Origin: a virus
Reading direction: 5' to 3' (one strand)
DNA: 57,983 nt
IMG/VR virus record: IMGVR_UViG_3300045988_075135
Both the position numbers and the translations under genes were made by a program. Below the pieces are notes generated by a model that saw only the letters and a list, made by a program, of their open reading frames with translations, was not told the origin of the DNA and searched no databases. Numbering within the stretch: position 1 is the first letter of the stretch; each line of letters begins with the position of its first letter. This document shows, one piece after another, positions 8,125 to 16,763 of the stretch.

Positions 8125-10551
8125 ATGAGCATATACGATATTCAGGGGGCGGCCATAAGCGCCGCCTTCGCCGCCGACGGATTAAAACTGAGGGCGGCAT
8201 ACGACATAAGCGGCGCGCGCATATGGACAAACGATCCCATAGACACGGAGTTCAACGGCCAGCACGCCGTATGGAAGTTCAAGCGCATATCCAATATCGC
8301 GAACGTCAATTATTCATCCACCGATGAGGCCGCCATTGACTACAACGACGCGGAGTGGGAAACCGTGCGCGTGCCGCACGATTTCAGCATAGCGAACGAC
8401 TTCCGCGCCGCATCGCCCGCAACATACGAGGGCGGGTATCTGGACGGCGGCGACGCATGGTACAGGACGAGCTTCCGCGTGCCGGATGCGCTTAAAACCG
8501 ATCACACCGCATTATATTTTGACGGCGTATACATGGAGGCGGACGTATACCTGAACGGCGTGCTCATCGGCAAAAACCGCATGGGCTACAATCCGTTCTG
8601 GTTCGATTTGGCGGACAAATTGGCGGACGACATAAACGTACTGGCGGTATTCGTGCGCAACCGTCAGCCGTCCTCCCGCTGGTATTCGGGCAGCGGCATA
8701 TTTAGGCCGGTATACCTGCTGGGACTGGAAAAGGCCGGGCTGACGGCGGCAGAAGTCCAAATCACCTATCCCGACATTGCAGCGACGCACGCGGGCACGG
8801 TAGAGACGATCATAAGCGGCAAGCTGATAAGCACCGCGTCGGGAAGCAAGGCTATCAAGGCGGTAATACGCAAAGGCGGCACGGATATAGCGCAGACCAG
8901 CCAGACGATGCAACTGACGGCGGGCGAAAACGCGCTGAATATCAGCGTAAACGTAAACGCGCCCGAACTATGGGACGTGGGCGCGCCCAATCTGTACACG
9001 GCGGCGATAGTGTGCGGTGAAACCGAAATCAGCAGCACCGTATACGGGTATCGCTGGACGGAATGGAGCAAGGACACGGGCTTCTGGCTCAACGGCAATA
9101 ACATCAAGCTCAAGGGCGTGTGTATGCACCATGATTTAGGCTGCATCGGCGCGGAGGCGAACCGATCCGCAATGGAACGCCAGATAGACAGCATGGTTGC
9201 AATGGGCGCGAATGCGATACGCCTAACGCACAATCCGGGCAGTACGATGTTTTTAGAGCTATGCCGCGACAAGGGCGTTATCGTGGTTGAGGAGCTGTTT
9301 GACCATTGGACAGTGGCTAAGAACCGGTACGATTTTGCGCGATATTACGATGAGTATCACGGCGACGTCATACGCCAAACGCTGCTGCGCGACCGCAATA
9401 ACCCGGCGATAATCATGTGGTCAATTGGCAACGAGATCAACCGCACGGCCAAGTATACCGCCGAGCAGGTGGAACCGATTGTAACCGAAATAATCGCCGC
9501 CGTAAAGCAGTACGACACCACGCGCCCGGTAACGATGGGCGAGGACACGCCCACACTGGACGCGGCGGTAACGTGCATGCAGCTGCTGGACGTATGCGGC
9601 ATCAACTACAAGCAGAATGACCTGAGCATACCTCACAATCTGGGCAAGCCCTCATACGGCAGTGAAACCACGTCGGCGCTGAGTTCGCGCGGCATATACG
9701 CGCACGACGACGAGGGGTATCAGTGCTCCAGCTTTGACGACGATAAAGTCAACTGGGGGAGTTATGCGGCAGTAGCGCTAAAGGCGCACATGGACAGCGC
9801 CTATTCGGGCGGGATATTCGTATGGACGGGCTGGGACTACATAGGCGAGCCTACGCCCTTTAATAAATTCCCGGCCAAGTCCAGCTATTTCGGCATTGTC
9901 GATCTGGCGGGATTTCCCAAGGACGTATACTACATGTACCAGTCGAGATGGACGAGCGCGCCCATGATACACATAGTGCCGATGGACTGGGATAGCTGGA
10001 CTATCGGAGACAGCGTGCCGGTATGGATATATTCCAACTGTGCGAGTGTGGAGCTGATTCAGGATGGCGTATCGCTGGGGACTAAGACGCAGGCCGACAT
10101 CGGCGACAAGTATCAATTCGCATGGGCAGTAACGTATGCCAAGGGCACGCTGACCGCCAAGGGATATGACGCGGGCGGCGCGGTTGTGGCCACGGATGAG
10201 GTCAAGAGTTCGACCGGCGCGGCGGCAAAGCTGATTTTGAGCGCGTACAAGCCCACGGTGGACGTGGCGAGCGACGATCTGGTCTTTATCACATGCGACG
10301 TATGCGATGCAAACGGCGTGCGTGTGGCAAAGGCTGACAATGAGATTTCGTTTAGCTGCGCCGGCGGCACGGTACTGGGCACTGACAACGGCAACGGCGC
10401 GTGTGTCGAGAACATGCGCGCGGCCACAAAAAGCGCGTTTTCGGGCAAAGTACTATGCGTATGCCGTCATGACGGGCAGGCGGGCGATATGATTGTTACC
10501 GCCAGTGCGGGAGGGTTAAGCGACGGAACCATTACCGTAACCAAAGTGTAG
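8125..10551 (+). CDS. Glycoside hydrolase family 2 enzyme (beta-galactosidase/glucuronidase/mannosidase-like)
   Basis: WETVRVPHDFSI, GGDAWYRTSFRVP, LYFDGVYMEADVYLNG, NAIRLTHNP, acid/base MWSIGNEI, and nucleophile region FVWTGWDYIGEP. 808 aa; no signal peptide seen. Confidence 0.9.
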   Translation: MSIYDIQGAAISAAFAADGLKLRAAYDISGARIWTNDPIDTEFNGQHAVWKFKRISNIANVNYSSTDEAAIDYNDAEWETVRVPHDFSIANDFRAASPATYEGGYLDGGDAWYRTSFRVPDALKTDHTALYFDGVYMEADVYLNGVLIGKNRMGYNPFWFDLADKLADDINVLAVFVRNRQPSSRWYSGSGIFRPVYLLGLEKAGLTAAEVQITYPDIAATHAGTVETIISGKLISTASGSKAIKAVIRKGGTDIAQTSQTMQLTAGENALNISVNVNAPELWDVGAPNLYTAAIVCGETEISSTVYGYRWTEWSKDTGFWLNGNNIKLKGVCMHHDLGCIGAEANRSAMERQIDSMVAMGANAIRLTHNPGSTMFLELCRDKGVIVVEELFDHWTVAKNRYDFARYYDEYHGDVIRQTLLRDRNNPAIIMWSIGNEINRTAKYTAEQVEPIVTEIIAAVKQYDTTRPVTMGEDTPTLDAAVTCMQLLDVCGINYKQNDLSIPHNLGKPSYGSETTSALSSRGIYAHDDEGYQCSSFDDDKVNWGSYAAVALKAHMDSAYSGGIFVWTGWDYIGEPTPFNKFPAKSSYFGIVDLAGFPKDVYYMYQSRWTSAPMIHIVPMDWDSWTIGDSVPVWIYSNCASVELIQDGVSLGTKTQADIGDKYQFAWAVTYAKGTLTAKGYDAGGAVVATDEVKSSTGAAAKLILSAYKPTVDVASDDLVFITCDVCDANGVRVAKADNEISFSCAGGTVLGTDNGNGACVENMRAATKSAFSGKVLCVCRHDGQAGDMIVTASAGGLSDGTITVTKV

Positions 10552-10588
10552 GCAGGCTATCGCTTGAAATGAAAACAAGCGATAGAGT

Positions 10589-10615
10589 TGTACCACGATG
10601 TACCAAACTGTACCA
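10589..10615 (+). repeat. Three TGTACCA repeats at exact 10-bp phasing (candidate protein-binding site)
   Basis: TGTACCA at 10589, 10599 and 10609. Preceded by a 10-bp-stem hairpin (ctatcgcttg/caagcgatag, 10557-10585). Confidence 0.4.
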
Positions 10616-10654
10616 AATGAAGGAGTGATTATAATGCCAAACGGAGGCATGAAC

Positions 10655-10978
10655 ATGAAAAAAGCGATGCTGTCGCAGCCGATGGCTGGAAAGACCGAGG
10701 CGGAAATCATTGCGACCCGCGAAAACGCGATTAAAGCGTTGAAAGAACGTGGCTATGAGATAGTAAACACCCTGTTCACAGATGAATGGTACAGCCCAGA
10801 TAAGATGGTGGAGCGCGGCGTAGTGCAGATTCCACTTTGTTTTCTGGCAAAATCGCTTGAGAACATGAGCTTGTGCCATGCTGCGTATTTCTGTAAAGGC
10901 TGGGAAAACGCCCGTGGTTGCCGAATTGAGCACGAAGCGGCTATGGCTTACGGGCTGGAAATAATGTACGAGGCTTAA
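10655..10978 (+). CDS. DUF4406-like (nucleoside 2-deoxyribosyltransferase-like) protein
   Basis: ATG 10655 is preferred because GGAGG lies 7 nt upstream (alternative ATGs at 10634 and 10598). MKKAMLSQPMAGK...CHAAYFCKGWENARGCRIEHEAAMAYGLEI fits my memory of DUF4406. Confidence 0.6.
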   Translation: MKKAMLSQPMAGKTEAEIIATRENAIKALKERGYEIVNTLFTDEWYSPDKMVERGVVQIPLCFLAKSLENMSLCHAAYFCKGWENARGCRIEHEAAMAYGLEIMYEA

Positions 10979-10997
10979 TAACCGGAGGTGATACGGC

Positions 10998-12665
10998 ATG
11001 GCAAGAGACCTTGAATACTATCTGGCGCAGGCACGCCGTATCGCCGAGCACCGGGAGGCGGGCGCAGAGAAAGCCATTCGCAAGGAGTTCAAGGAGCTGC
11101 TCAAGAGCCTGAAAACATACATTGCCAGTGTGCATGAGCAGTATGCGGCGGGCGACGGCTCTCTCTCCTATGCCGACCTTCAAAAGGCGGGTTACGATGC
11201 CCGCTTCCTTGAAGAAATTGAAAGCCGCATATCCGTCGCCACGCCGAAGGTTGCAAGGGAGCTGCACCAACTTGTAAATGATACTTACGAGTTGAGCTAC
11301 AAGAGCATGGTCGAGGGCGTGGATAAGGTTCTGGCCGGAGCGGGCATTGACGATGTGTTTTCCAATGCTGTGGCAATCACGCCGGAGCAGATCATGAAGG
11401 TCGTCAAGAACCCGATCATGGAAGTGGCGCTCGAAAAGAACCACCGGGACATCGTTTACGACATCAAGCAGGCCGTGGCGGTCGGACTGATGAACGGCGA
11501 CCGCTACGCCACTGTTGCCCGGAAAATCAGCGTTGCGTTGGATAAGGAAAACGGCCCTTACAAGAACGCCATGCGAATTGCCCGCACGGAGGCACACCGC
11601 GTCCGGGAAGCCGGAAACATGGACGCAGCCCGGAGTGTGGACAAGGAAATGCAGGGCACTTCTACCGGCTTGCGCATGGTCAAGACATGGCGCACCATGA
11701 AAGATGAGCGCGTGCGCCCCCAGAGCAGACGCAGAAGCAAAAAGGGCGGCTGGACCTCCAAGATGGGCAAAGGCCCTAATCATATGAAGCTGGAAGGCCA
11801 GACGGTGCTTGCCGATGAGCCATTCGACCTGCTGGATGGGAACAAGGCGGATGCACCGGGTCAGAGCGGCGTGGCCGGGCATGACATTAACTGCCGGTGC
11901 TATGTGTCATATGACATGATGACCGACGAGGAGTATTACAAAAAGAGCGGCAAACACTTCCCCGGATGGAAGGGCGATATTGAAAATTCTGAAAATAGTG
12001 GTACAATAGAACCGAAGATAAGCAAGGAGTGCAAGGCCATTGTTGACACGCTTAATCAGCAGGGTGTTGACTACAAGAAAGTCGAAAAGCACACCAAGTC
12101 GCTGACGGAACGCGAGATCATATCTGTGCTGGCTGGCGGAGACAATACAAGCGGCTCATGTGCATCTGTTGGCATTGCCTACATCGGGCAAAAGCATGGC
12201 TTGAATGTGCTTGACTTCCGGGGCGGAAAGAGCATGGAATACTTCTCAAAGAAGATGACGAAGCTGAACATGTTCAAGGCGCTGGGCGCAGCACCCGTCG
12301 AGGAAAGCAGTGCAAAGAGCAACCTGACCAACGGCAAGCGCGTCCTTGCGAAGATGGTCAAGGGGAAAGAGTACTACCTATCTGTGGGCAGACATGCTGC
12401 CATTGTGCGACTGAATGACGATGGCGTTATGCAGTACCTTGAATTGCAGTCCGCAACCCGCAGCGGATGGCATGATTTCGCCAAGGACGTTCGGGACACC
12501 CTCAAATGGCGGTTCGGCTGTTCACCTAGCAGCAGCTATTGGAATGCTGCCTACCTTACGGACATTGACCTGTTCCAAGCCAATGATGATCTAACCACGC
12601 TGCTGGGCTTTATCAACACCAGCGAATCTGAGCAAAGGAAGGGTAAACATGGCACGATCAAATAA
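10998..12665 (+). CDS. Head morphogenesis protein (SPP1 gp7 / Mu F family) fused to a ~240-aa C-terminal putative Cys-His peptidase-like toxin domain
   Basis: MuF hallmarks MRIARTEAHRVREAGN and GHDINCRCYVSY lie in the first ~300 aa. The extension carries SGSCASVGIAYIG ... GRHAAIVRLNDDG ... LELQS. Confidence 0.85.
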   Translation: MARDLEYYLAQARRIAEHREAGAEKAIRKEFKELLKSLKTYIASVHEQYAAGDGSLSYADLQKAGYDARFLEEIESRISVATPKVARELHQLVNDTYELSYKSMVEGVDKVLAGAGIDDVFSNAVAITPEQIMKVVKNPIMEVALEKNHRDIVYDIKQAVAVGLMNGDRYATVARKISVALDKENGPYKNAMRIARTEAHRVREAGNMDAARSVDKEMQGTSTGLRMVKTWRTMKDERVRPQSRRRSKKGGWTSKMGKGPNHMKLEGQTVLADEPFDLLDGNKADAPGQSGVAGHDINCRCYVSYDMMTDEEYYKKSGKHFPGWKGDIENSENSGTIEPKISKECKAIVDTLNQQGVDYKKVEKHTKSLTEREIISVLAGGDNTSGSCASVGIAYIGQKHGLNVLDFRGGKSMEYFSKKMTKLNMFKALGAAPVEESSAKSNLTNGKRVLAKMVKGKEYYLSVGRHAAIVRLNDDGVMQYLELQSATRSGWHDFAKDVRDTLKWRFGCSPSSSYWNAAYLTDIDLFQANDDLTTLLGFINTSESEQRKGKHGTIK

Positions 12666-12864
12666 ATTGTTCAAGAACAACCCTGCCGATAAGATTTGGT
12701 GGGTTGATACCTCCGACGAGGACGGCAGCTTTGTTTTCACATTCGATAAGGAAACGTACTTCAACATGTTTTCCGATTATCCTCACAAGCTGACAGCCGA
12801 GCAGAAGGAAATCTTCGACAGGGAGAATCCATACTGGAAGGATTTTTTCAGCGACAGGCAGTAA
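12649..12864 (+). CDS. Small protein in the immunity-gene position downstream of the MuF-toxin fusion
   Basis: 71-aa track ORF that overlaps the MuF stop by 17 nt. No family recognised. Confidence 0.5.
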   Translation: MARSNKLFKNNPADKIWWVDTSDEDGSFVFTFDKETYFNMFSDYPHKLTAEQKEIFDRENPYWKDFFSDRQ

Positions 12865-12882
12865 ACCATAGCAACAGAACCA

Positions 12883-12912
12883 AGCACTTTGCGAAAGCAA
12901 GGTGCTTTTTTA
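12883..12912 (+). terminator. Intrinsic terminator
   Basis: agcactttgc-gaaa-gcaaggtgct followed by ttttt. Confidence 0.6.
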
Positions 12913-12933
12913 TTGACCACAGGAGGAATAGTG

Positions 12934-13368
12934 ATGCTCCTTGATGTAATTGTGCGATTAATCAGACAAGGAGGTGCGATTGACATGGGCGTCAATCTGC
13001 CAAGCATCACGAAAGACGACGAGGGCAAGTACCTCATGGTAAAGGATGGGCGGCCCGTATGGAGCGCAATACCCGTTAAGTACGTGGAGAGCCTGGACTA
13101 TGACAACATGCTGAACATACGGAGCCTGTCGAGCGGGTCATATGTGCTGTATGGCAAGTTCCAGCCGTTCGCGGGTTCGCCGTCTGTGCTTACGTTCTCC
13201 AGTGCATTGCTGGTGAACATAATCACCAAGACGTCGGGCACGTGGGCGCAGGTATTCTATCCGGCCAGCAACCAAGTGCAATTCCTCTCGATTACAAATG
13301 ACAACTACGAGCGGACGAATATCCCGCTGAATGACCTTTACGCGCTGTTGAATCAAAGCGGCGCTTGA
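12934..13368 (+). CDS. Hypothetical (possibly structural) protein
   Basis: ATG 12934 follows AGGAGGA. Alternative ATG 12985 follows AAGGAGGTG. The track start 12889 lies inside the terminator, so it was not used. Confidence 0.5.
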   Translation: MLLDVIVRLIRQGGAIDMGVNLPSITKDDEGKYLMVKDGRPVWSAIPVKYVESLDYDNMLNIRSLSSGSYVLYGKFQPFAGSPSVLTFSSALLVNIITKTSGTWAQVFYPASNQVQFLSITNDNYERTNIPLNDLYALLNQSGA

Positions 13369-13433
13369 GGAATATATGGCAGGAGGACGACAGTGTGCAG
13401 AAAGTCCGTAACCCGTGCAGGAGGTGGTAATCG

Positions 13434-13571
13434 GTGGATGAAATCGAGGTTTACAACGGCTTGGACAGTACCAGCATAGTGAAGGCGCTGTCCGCGAATC
13501 AGGGCAGAGTGCTGAACGAGAAGATTATGAACGTCGTAAGCGTGACGGACATAGACGCAATATTCGACTAA
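13434..13571 (+). CDS. Small fibre-associated ORF (45 aa)
   Basis: GTG follows GCAGGAGGTGG. LDSTSIVKALSANQGRVLNEK resembles a fibre N-terminal motif. The C-terminal VTDIDAIFD echoes TNAEIDAIFA of the 15415 ORF. Confidence 0.35.
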   Translation: MDEIEVYNGLDSTSIVKALSANQGRVLNEKIMNVVSVTDIDAIFD

Positions 13572-13588
13572 TCAGTGGAGGTAATGAC

Positions 13589-15394
13589 ATGGCTTTTGTC
13601 CCTACCTATTCCACAAATGAGATTTGGCGTGACAACGACCGAACGAGATGTCTGACGGACGACCTTGACGCGATTGAGAGCGATATATCGTCGCTTGAAA
13701 CCGGCAAGGCCTCCAGCAACCATACACACCCGACGAGCCAGATAACGGGGCTGGCGGACGCTCTGGCGGGCAAGGCCTCCAGCACGCACACGCACAGCGC
13801 CGCCGACGTGGGAGCTGCTGCCGCTACACATAACCATGATGCCAGCTACGCGGCGCTATCGCACACGCACGCGCAGTCCAACATTACCGGGCTGGGCACC
13901 GCCCTATCAGGCAAAGCCGACGTCGAGCACACGCACGACCAAGGCGATATAACGGGCCTGACGGGAGCGCTAAGCGGCAAGGCCGCAGCTACTCATACTC
14001 ATGCACAGAGCGACGTTACCGGGCTTGCAGCGGCGCTTGAAGGCAAGGCCGCGGCCAACCACACTCACACCGGCTATGCTTCGTCCACGCACACGCATAC
14101 ACCGGCGAGCATAGGCGCGGCGGCTGAAACCCACGGGCATACAATCGCCAACGTGAGCGGGCTGAGTGACGCGCTGGCGGGTAAAGCGGCTGCAAACCAT
14201 ACGCACAGTTACAACGACCTTACCAATAAGCCCACCATTCCGGCGGCATACACTCATCCGGCAACGCACCCGGCAAGCATGATTACAGGGCTTTCCAGCG
14301 TGGCTACAAGCGGCAAATACAGCGATTTGACCGGGAAGCCTACCATTCCTACGATTCCCGCTTCCCTGCCCGCAAACGGCGGCAATGCGGACACGGTGGA
14401 TGGGAAGCACGCGTCAGCATTCGCGCTGGCCGACCATGTTCATGGCACCACGCCTGTGACCGAGGCAAATACCGATCTTGATAATTATTCTGTCGCGGGG
14501 GTTTATTCCTTTGCCGCCGCGTATCAGCCAGTCAACAGACCTTCCGGTACATCCAACGGATGGCTGGTTGTTGTCCCGTGGACCAGCAATCCGACGACGC
14601 AGACAGTCAAGCAGTTCTGGCTCAGGCATGGCAGCATCAGCTCGAACGACCACGAGGTATACACCCGCACGAAAATCGGCGATTACGGCTGGAGTTCTTG
14701 GGCGAAGGTCATCACATCGAAAGATATGACGATTACCAAAGAAAACGGCGATGTATATGTGTCGTGGACGGGTCAGGATGTCGTCGCAAAGCTGACCGCG
14801 CTTGCTCCCGGCATGTATACGGCCTATTCGCGCGGCGGCGCGTCGGCGGGCACGACAAATGCCCCTAATAGTTCGGAGGGATTCCGGTATCTCATCCACA
14901 AGACGGGCGAAGGCACTACGAATTATGGCTGGGCAATTGCCTTCGGTACATCGGGGTCTGTTTACGCAGGGTATCACGATGCCGGAACATGGCGCGGATG
15001 GCGAGCGCTGTACAAAGGACTGCCGGACCTGCTGTGGAGCGGCGTATATTACATGAGCGCCAACCAAACCGTTACGCCGACCAAGAAGCTGTCAGAGTGC
15101 AAAACGGGCTGGATGCTGCTATGGAGCGATTACGATGTAAGCACGGGCAAAGCAAATGACGGCGATTTCGTAACGACCATCATACCGAAATGGAATCCTT
15201 CTGGCACGACGTGGGCGGGCAAGTCGTTCTACTGCGACGTTCCGAGGTACATCGGCGCGAACCAGTCCGATGTGGCGACGGAAAGCCGGATTATCAAGAT
15301 GATCTATGTCCACGACAACAAGATTGTCGGTCATGCGGCTAACAACCAAGGCGTCCGCTCAGACGTTGTTCTGCGGGCTGTGTATGAAATTTGA
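13589..15394 (+). CDS. Tail-fibre-like protein with tandem HxH repeats
   Basis: About 9 repeats of (S/A)xHTHxxxD(I/V)TGLxxALxGKA, for example NHTHPTSQITGLADALAGKASSTHTHSAADV. Globular ~320-aa C-terminal domain. Confidence 0.8.
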   Translation: MAFVPTYSTNEIWRDNDRTRCLTDDLDAIESDISSLETGKASSNHTHPTSQITGLADALAGKASSTHTHSAADVGAAAATHNHDASYAALSHTHAQSNITGLGTALSGKADVEHTHDQGDITGLTGALSGKAAATHTHAQSDVTGLAAALEGKAAANHTHTGYASSTHTHTPASIGAAAETHGHTIANVSGLSDALAGKAAANHTHSYNDLTNKPTIPAAYTHPATHPASMITGLSSVATSGKYSDLTGKPTIPTIPASLPANGGNADTVDGKHASAFALADHVHGTTPVTEANTDLDNYSVAGVYSFAAAYQPVNRPSGTSNGWLVVVPWTSNPTTQTVKQFWLRHGSISSNDHEVYTRTKIGDYGWSSWAKVITSKDMTITKENGDVYVSWTGQDVVAKLTALAPGMYTAYSRGGASAGTTNAPNSSEGFRYLIHKTGEGTTNYGWAIAFGTSGSVYAGYHDAGTWRGWRALYKGLPDLLWSGVYYMSANQTVTPTKKLSECKTGWMLLWSDYDVSTGKANDGDFVTTIIPKWNPSGTTWAGKSFYCDVPRYIGANQSDVATESRIIKMIYVHDNKIVGHAANNQGVRSDVVLRAVYEI

Positions 15395-15414
15395 CGGTAT
15401 AGGAGGCTATCATC

Positions 15415-15981
15415 ATGAGTAAGCTCATCAATCTGACCGGTCTTACCCGTTTCTGGACGAAGGCGAAGGATTACATCGACACCGCGCTGAATGGCAAGGT
15501 GGACAAGGTAACTGGCAAGGGGCTTTCTACCAATGACCTGACCGCGACGCTGAAAGGCAACTACGACGCGGCCTATACCCACAGCAATAACAGCGACGTC
15601 CATGTGACCGCTGCTCAGAAGACCGCGTGGGACGGCAAAGCGGACGGCGACCACAACCATAACGGCACGTATGCGGCCGCTTCCCATTCTCACGCATATG
15701 CCGACCTGACGGGCAAGCCCACGATTCCCACTAAGGTTTCCCAGTTGACTGACGCCGCCGACTATGCCAAGAAAACGGACATTGCCGGAGTGTACAAGTA
15801 CAAGGGCTCCGTTGCTACCGTGAGCGCGCTGCCCTCCACCGGCGTAACTGACGGAGATGTGTATAACGTCGAGGCCGACGGCTGCAACTACGCATGGACT
15901 GGCACAGAATGGGACGCGCTGGGCGGCACTGTTGCCGTTGAGACGGCGACGAACGCTGAAATCGACGCTATCTTTGCCTGA
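15415..15981 (+). CDS. Tail-fibre-like protein (HxH motifs)
   Basis: DGDHNHNGTYAAASHSHAYADLTGKPTIP and DGDVYNVEADGCNYAWTGTEWDALGG are typical fibre-tip-like motifs. Confidence 0.7.
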   Translation: MSKLINLTGLTRFWTKAKDYIDTALNGKVDKVTGKGLSTNDLTATLKGNYDAAYTHSNNSDVHVTAAQKTAWDGKADGDHNHNGTYAAASHSHAYADLTGKPTIPTKVSQLTDAADYAKKTDIAGVYKYKGSVATVSALPSTGVTDGDVYNVEADGCNYAWTGTEWDALGGTVAVETATNAEIDAIFA

Positions 15982-15996
15982 TCGGAGGGATGAAGC

Positions 15997-16512
15997 ATGG
16001 CGTTCGTTACTCTTGAAGGTCTGCGCCGGTTCTGGCAGAACGTAAGCCAGCGGGCTACCGCTATTTACACGGCGGCATCGTCAGACGGCGTGTCTTATAC
16101 CGTGACAATTCCGGGCGTTACGGAGCTAAAGCATGGAATGCGAATCACCATCAGCCCGGCACGCATGTCAGCGTCAATAAGCCCGACTTTGAACGTGAAC
16201 GGGTTGGGCACGCACGGCATTCGGCTTCCGCTAACGTTTAACAACACTGCGGCCGCCACGCCGAATCTCGCCACCTTTTACTCCGCAGGCAAGCCGCTTC
16301 TACTGATGTACGATGCGTCTTATGCAGGCGGCGTTTGGAAAGCGATGGAGAAGCCCCTCGTGTCTGCGCCGGACTTATACGGCATCACCCCTATTGGGAA
16401 CGGCGGCACTGGGGCTGACAATGCGGCGGACGCGCTGACGAAGCTCGGCGCGGCAAGCAAAGCGTCTCTGGATGCGCTTGCGGCACGGGTTGCAGCGCTC
16501 GAAGCTAAGTAA
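15997..16512 (+). CDS. Fibre-like protein, paralog of the central part of the 36246..37274 fibre
   Basis: SPTLNVNGLGTHGIRLPLTFNNTAAATPNLATFYSAGKPLLLMYD compares with TPTLNVNGLGAKGMRLQLSFNTTATTTPNLTTFFTANKPIRMMYD. Confidence 0.7.
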   Translation: MAFVTLEGLRRFWQNVSQRATAIYTAASSDGVSYTVTIPGVTELKHGMRITISPARMSASISPTLNVNGLGTHGIRLPLTFNNTAAATPNLATFYSAGKPLLLMYDASYAGGVWKAMEKPLVSAPDLYGITPIGNGGTGADNAADALTKLGAASKASLDALAARVAALEAK

Positions 16513-16521
16513 ACAACTAAG

Positions 16522-16559
16522 GCATCATTTTCGTGGCCTCACGAAAATGGTGCTTTTTC
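16522..16559 (+). terminator. Intrinsic terminator
   Basis: 14-bp stem gcatcattttcgtg / cacgaaaatggtgc, loop gcct, then ttttt. Confidence 0.7.
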
Positions 16560-16562
16560 TAT

Positions 16563-16635
16563 GCTGCCATAGCTCAAATGGTAGAGCAGCCGTCTTGTAA
16601 TCGGCAGGTTGAGGGTTCGAGCCCCTCCGGCAGCT
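16563..16635 (+). tRNA. tRNA-Thr (anticodon UGU), hand-folded
   Basis: Acceptor GCTGCC(A)/(C)GGCAGC. D arm GCTC-AAATGGTA-GAGC. Anticodon arm GCCGT-CTTGTAA-TCGGC with one U-U mismatch. T arm GAGGG-TTCGAGC-CCCTC. No encoded CCA. Confidence 0.75.
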
Positions 16636-16763
16636 CTCCGCGGGCCTGCTGCCTGCGGATGCCCCTCCTTTTTATAAGCCGCGGCCTGTAAAAGCGGCTC
16701 TGTTTGTCGTGCTGGGCGCACGGTAGACAGCCCCAGTGCAATTCTGGTTGGGCTTAATTGTGT

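Noticed and set aside
16539-16721. 60-aa minus-strand ORF.
   Set aside because: It overlaps the tRNA and the terminator hairpin and has no SD.
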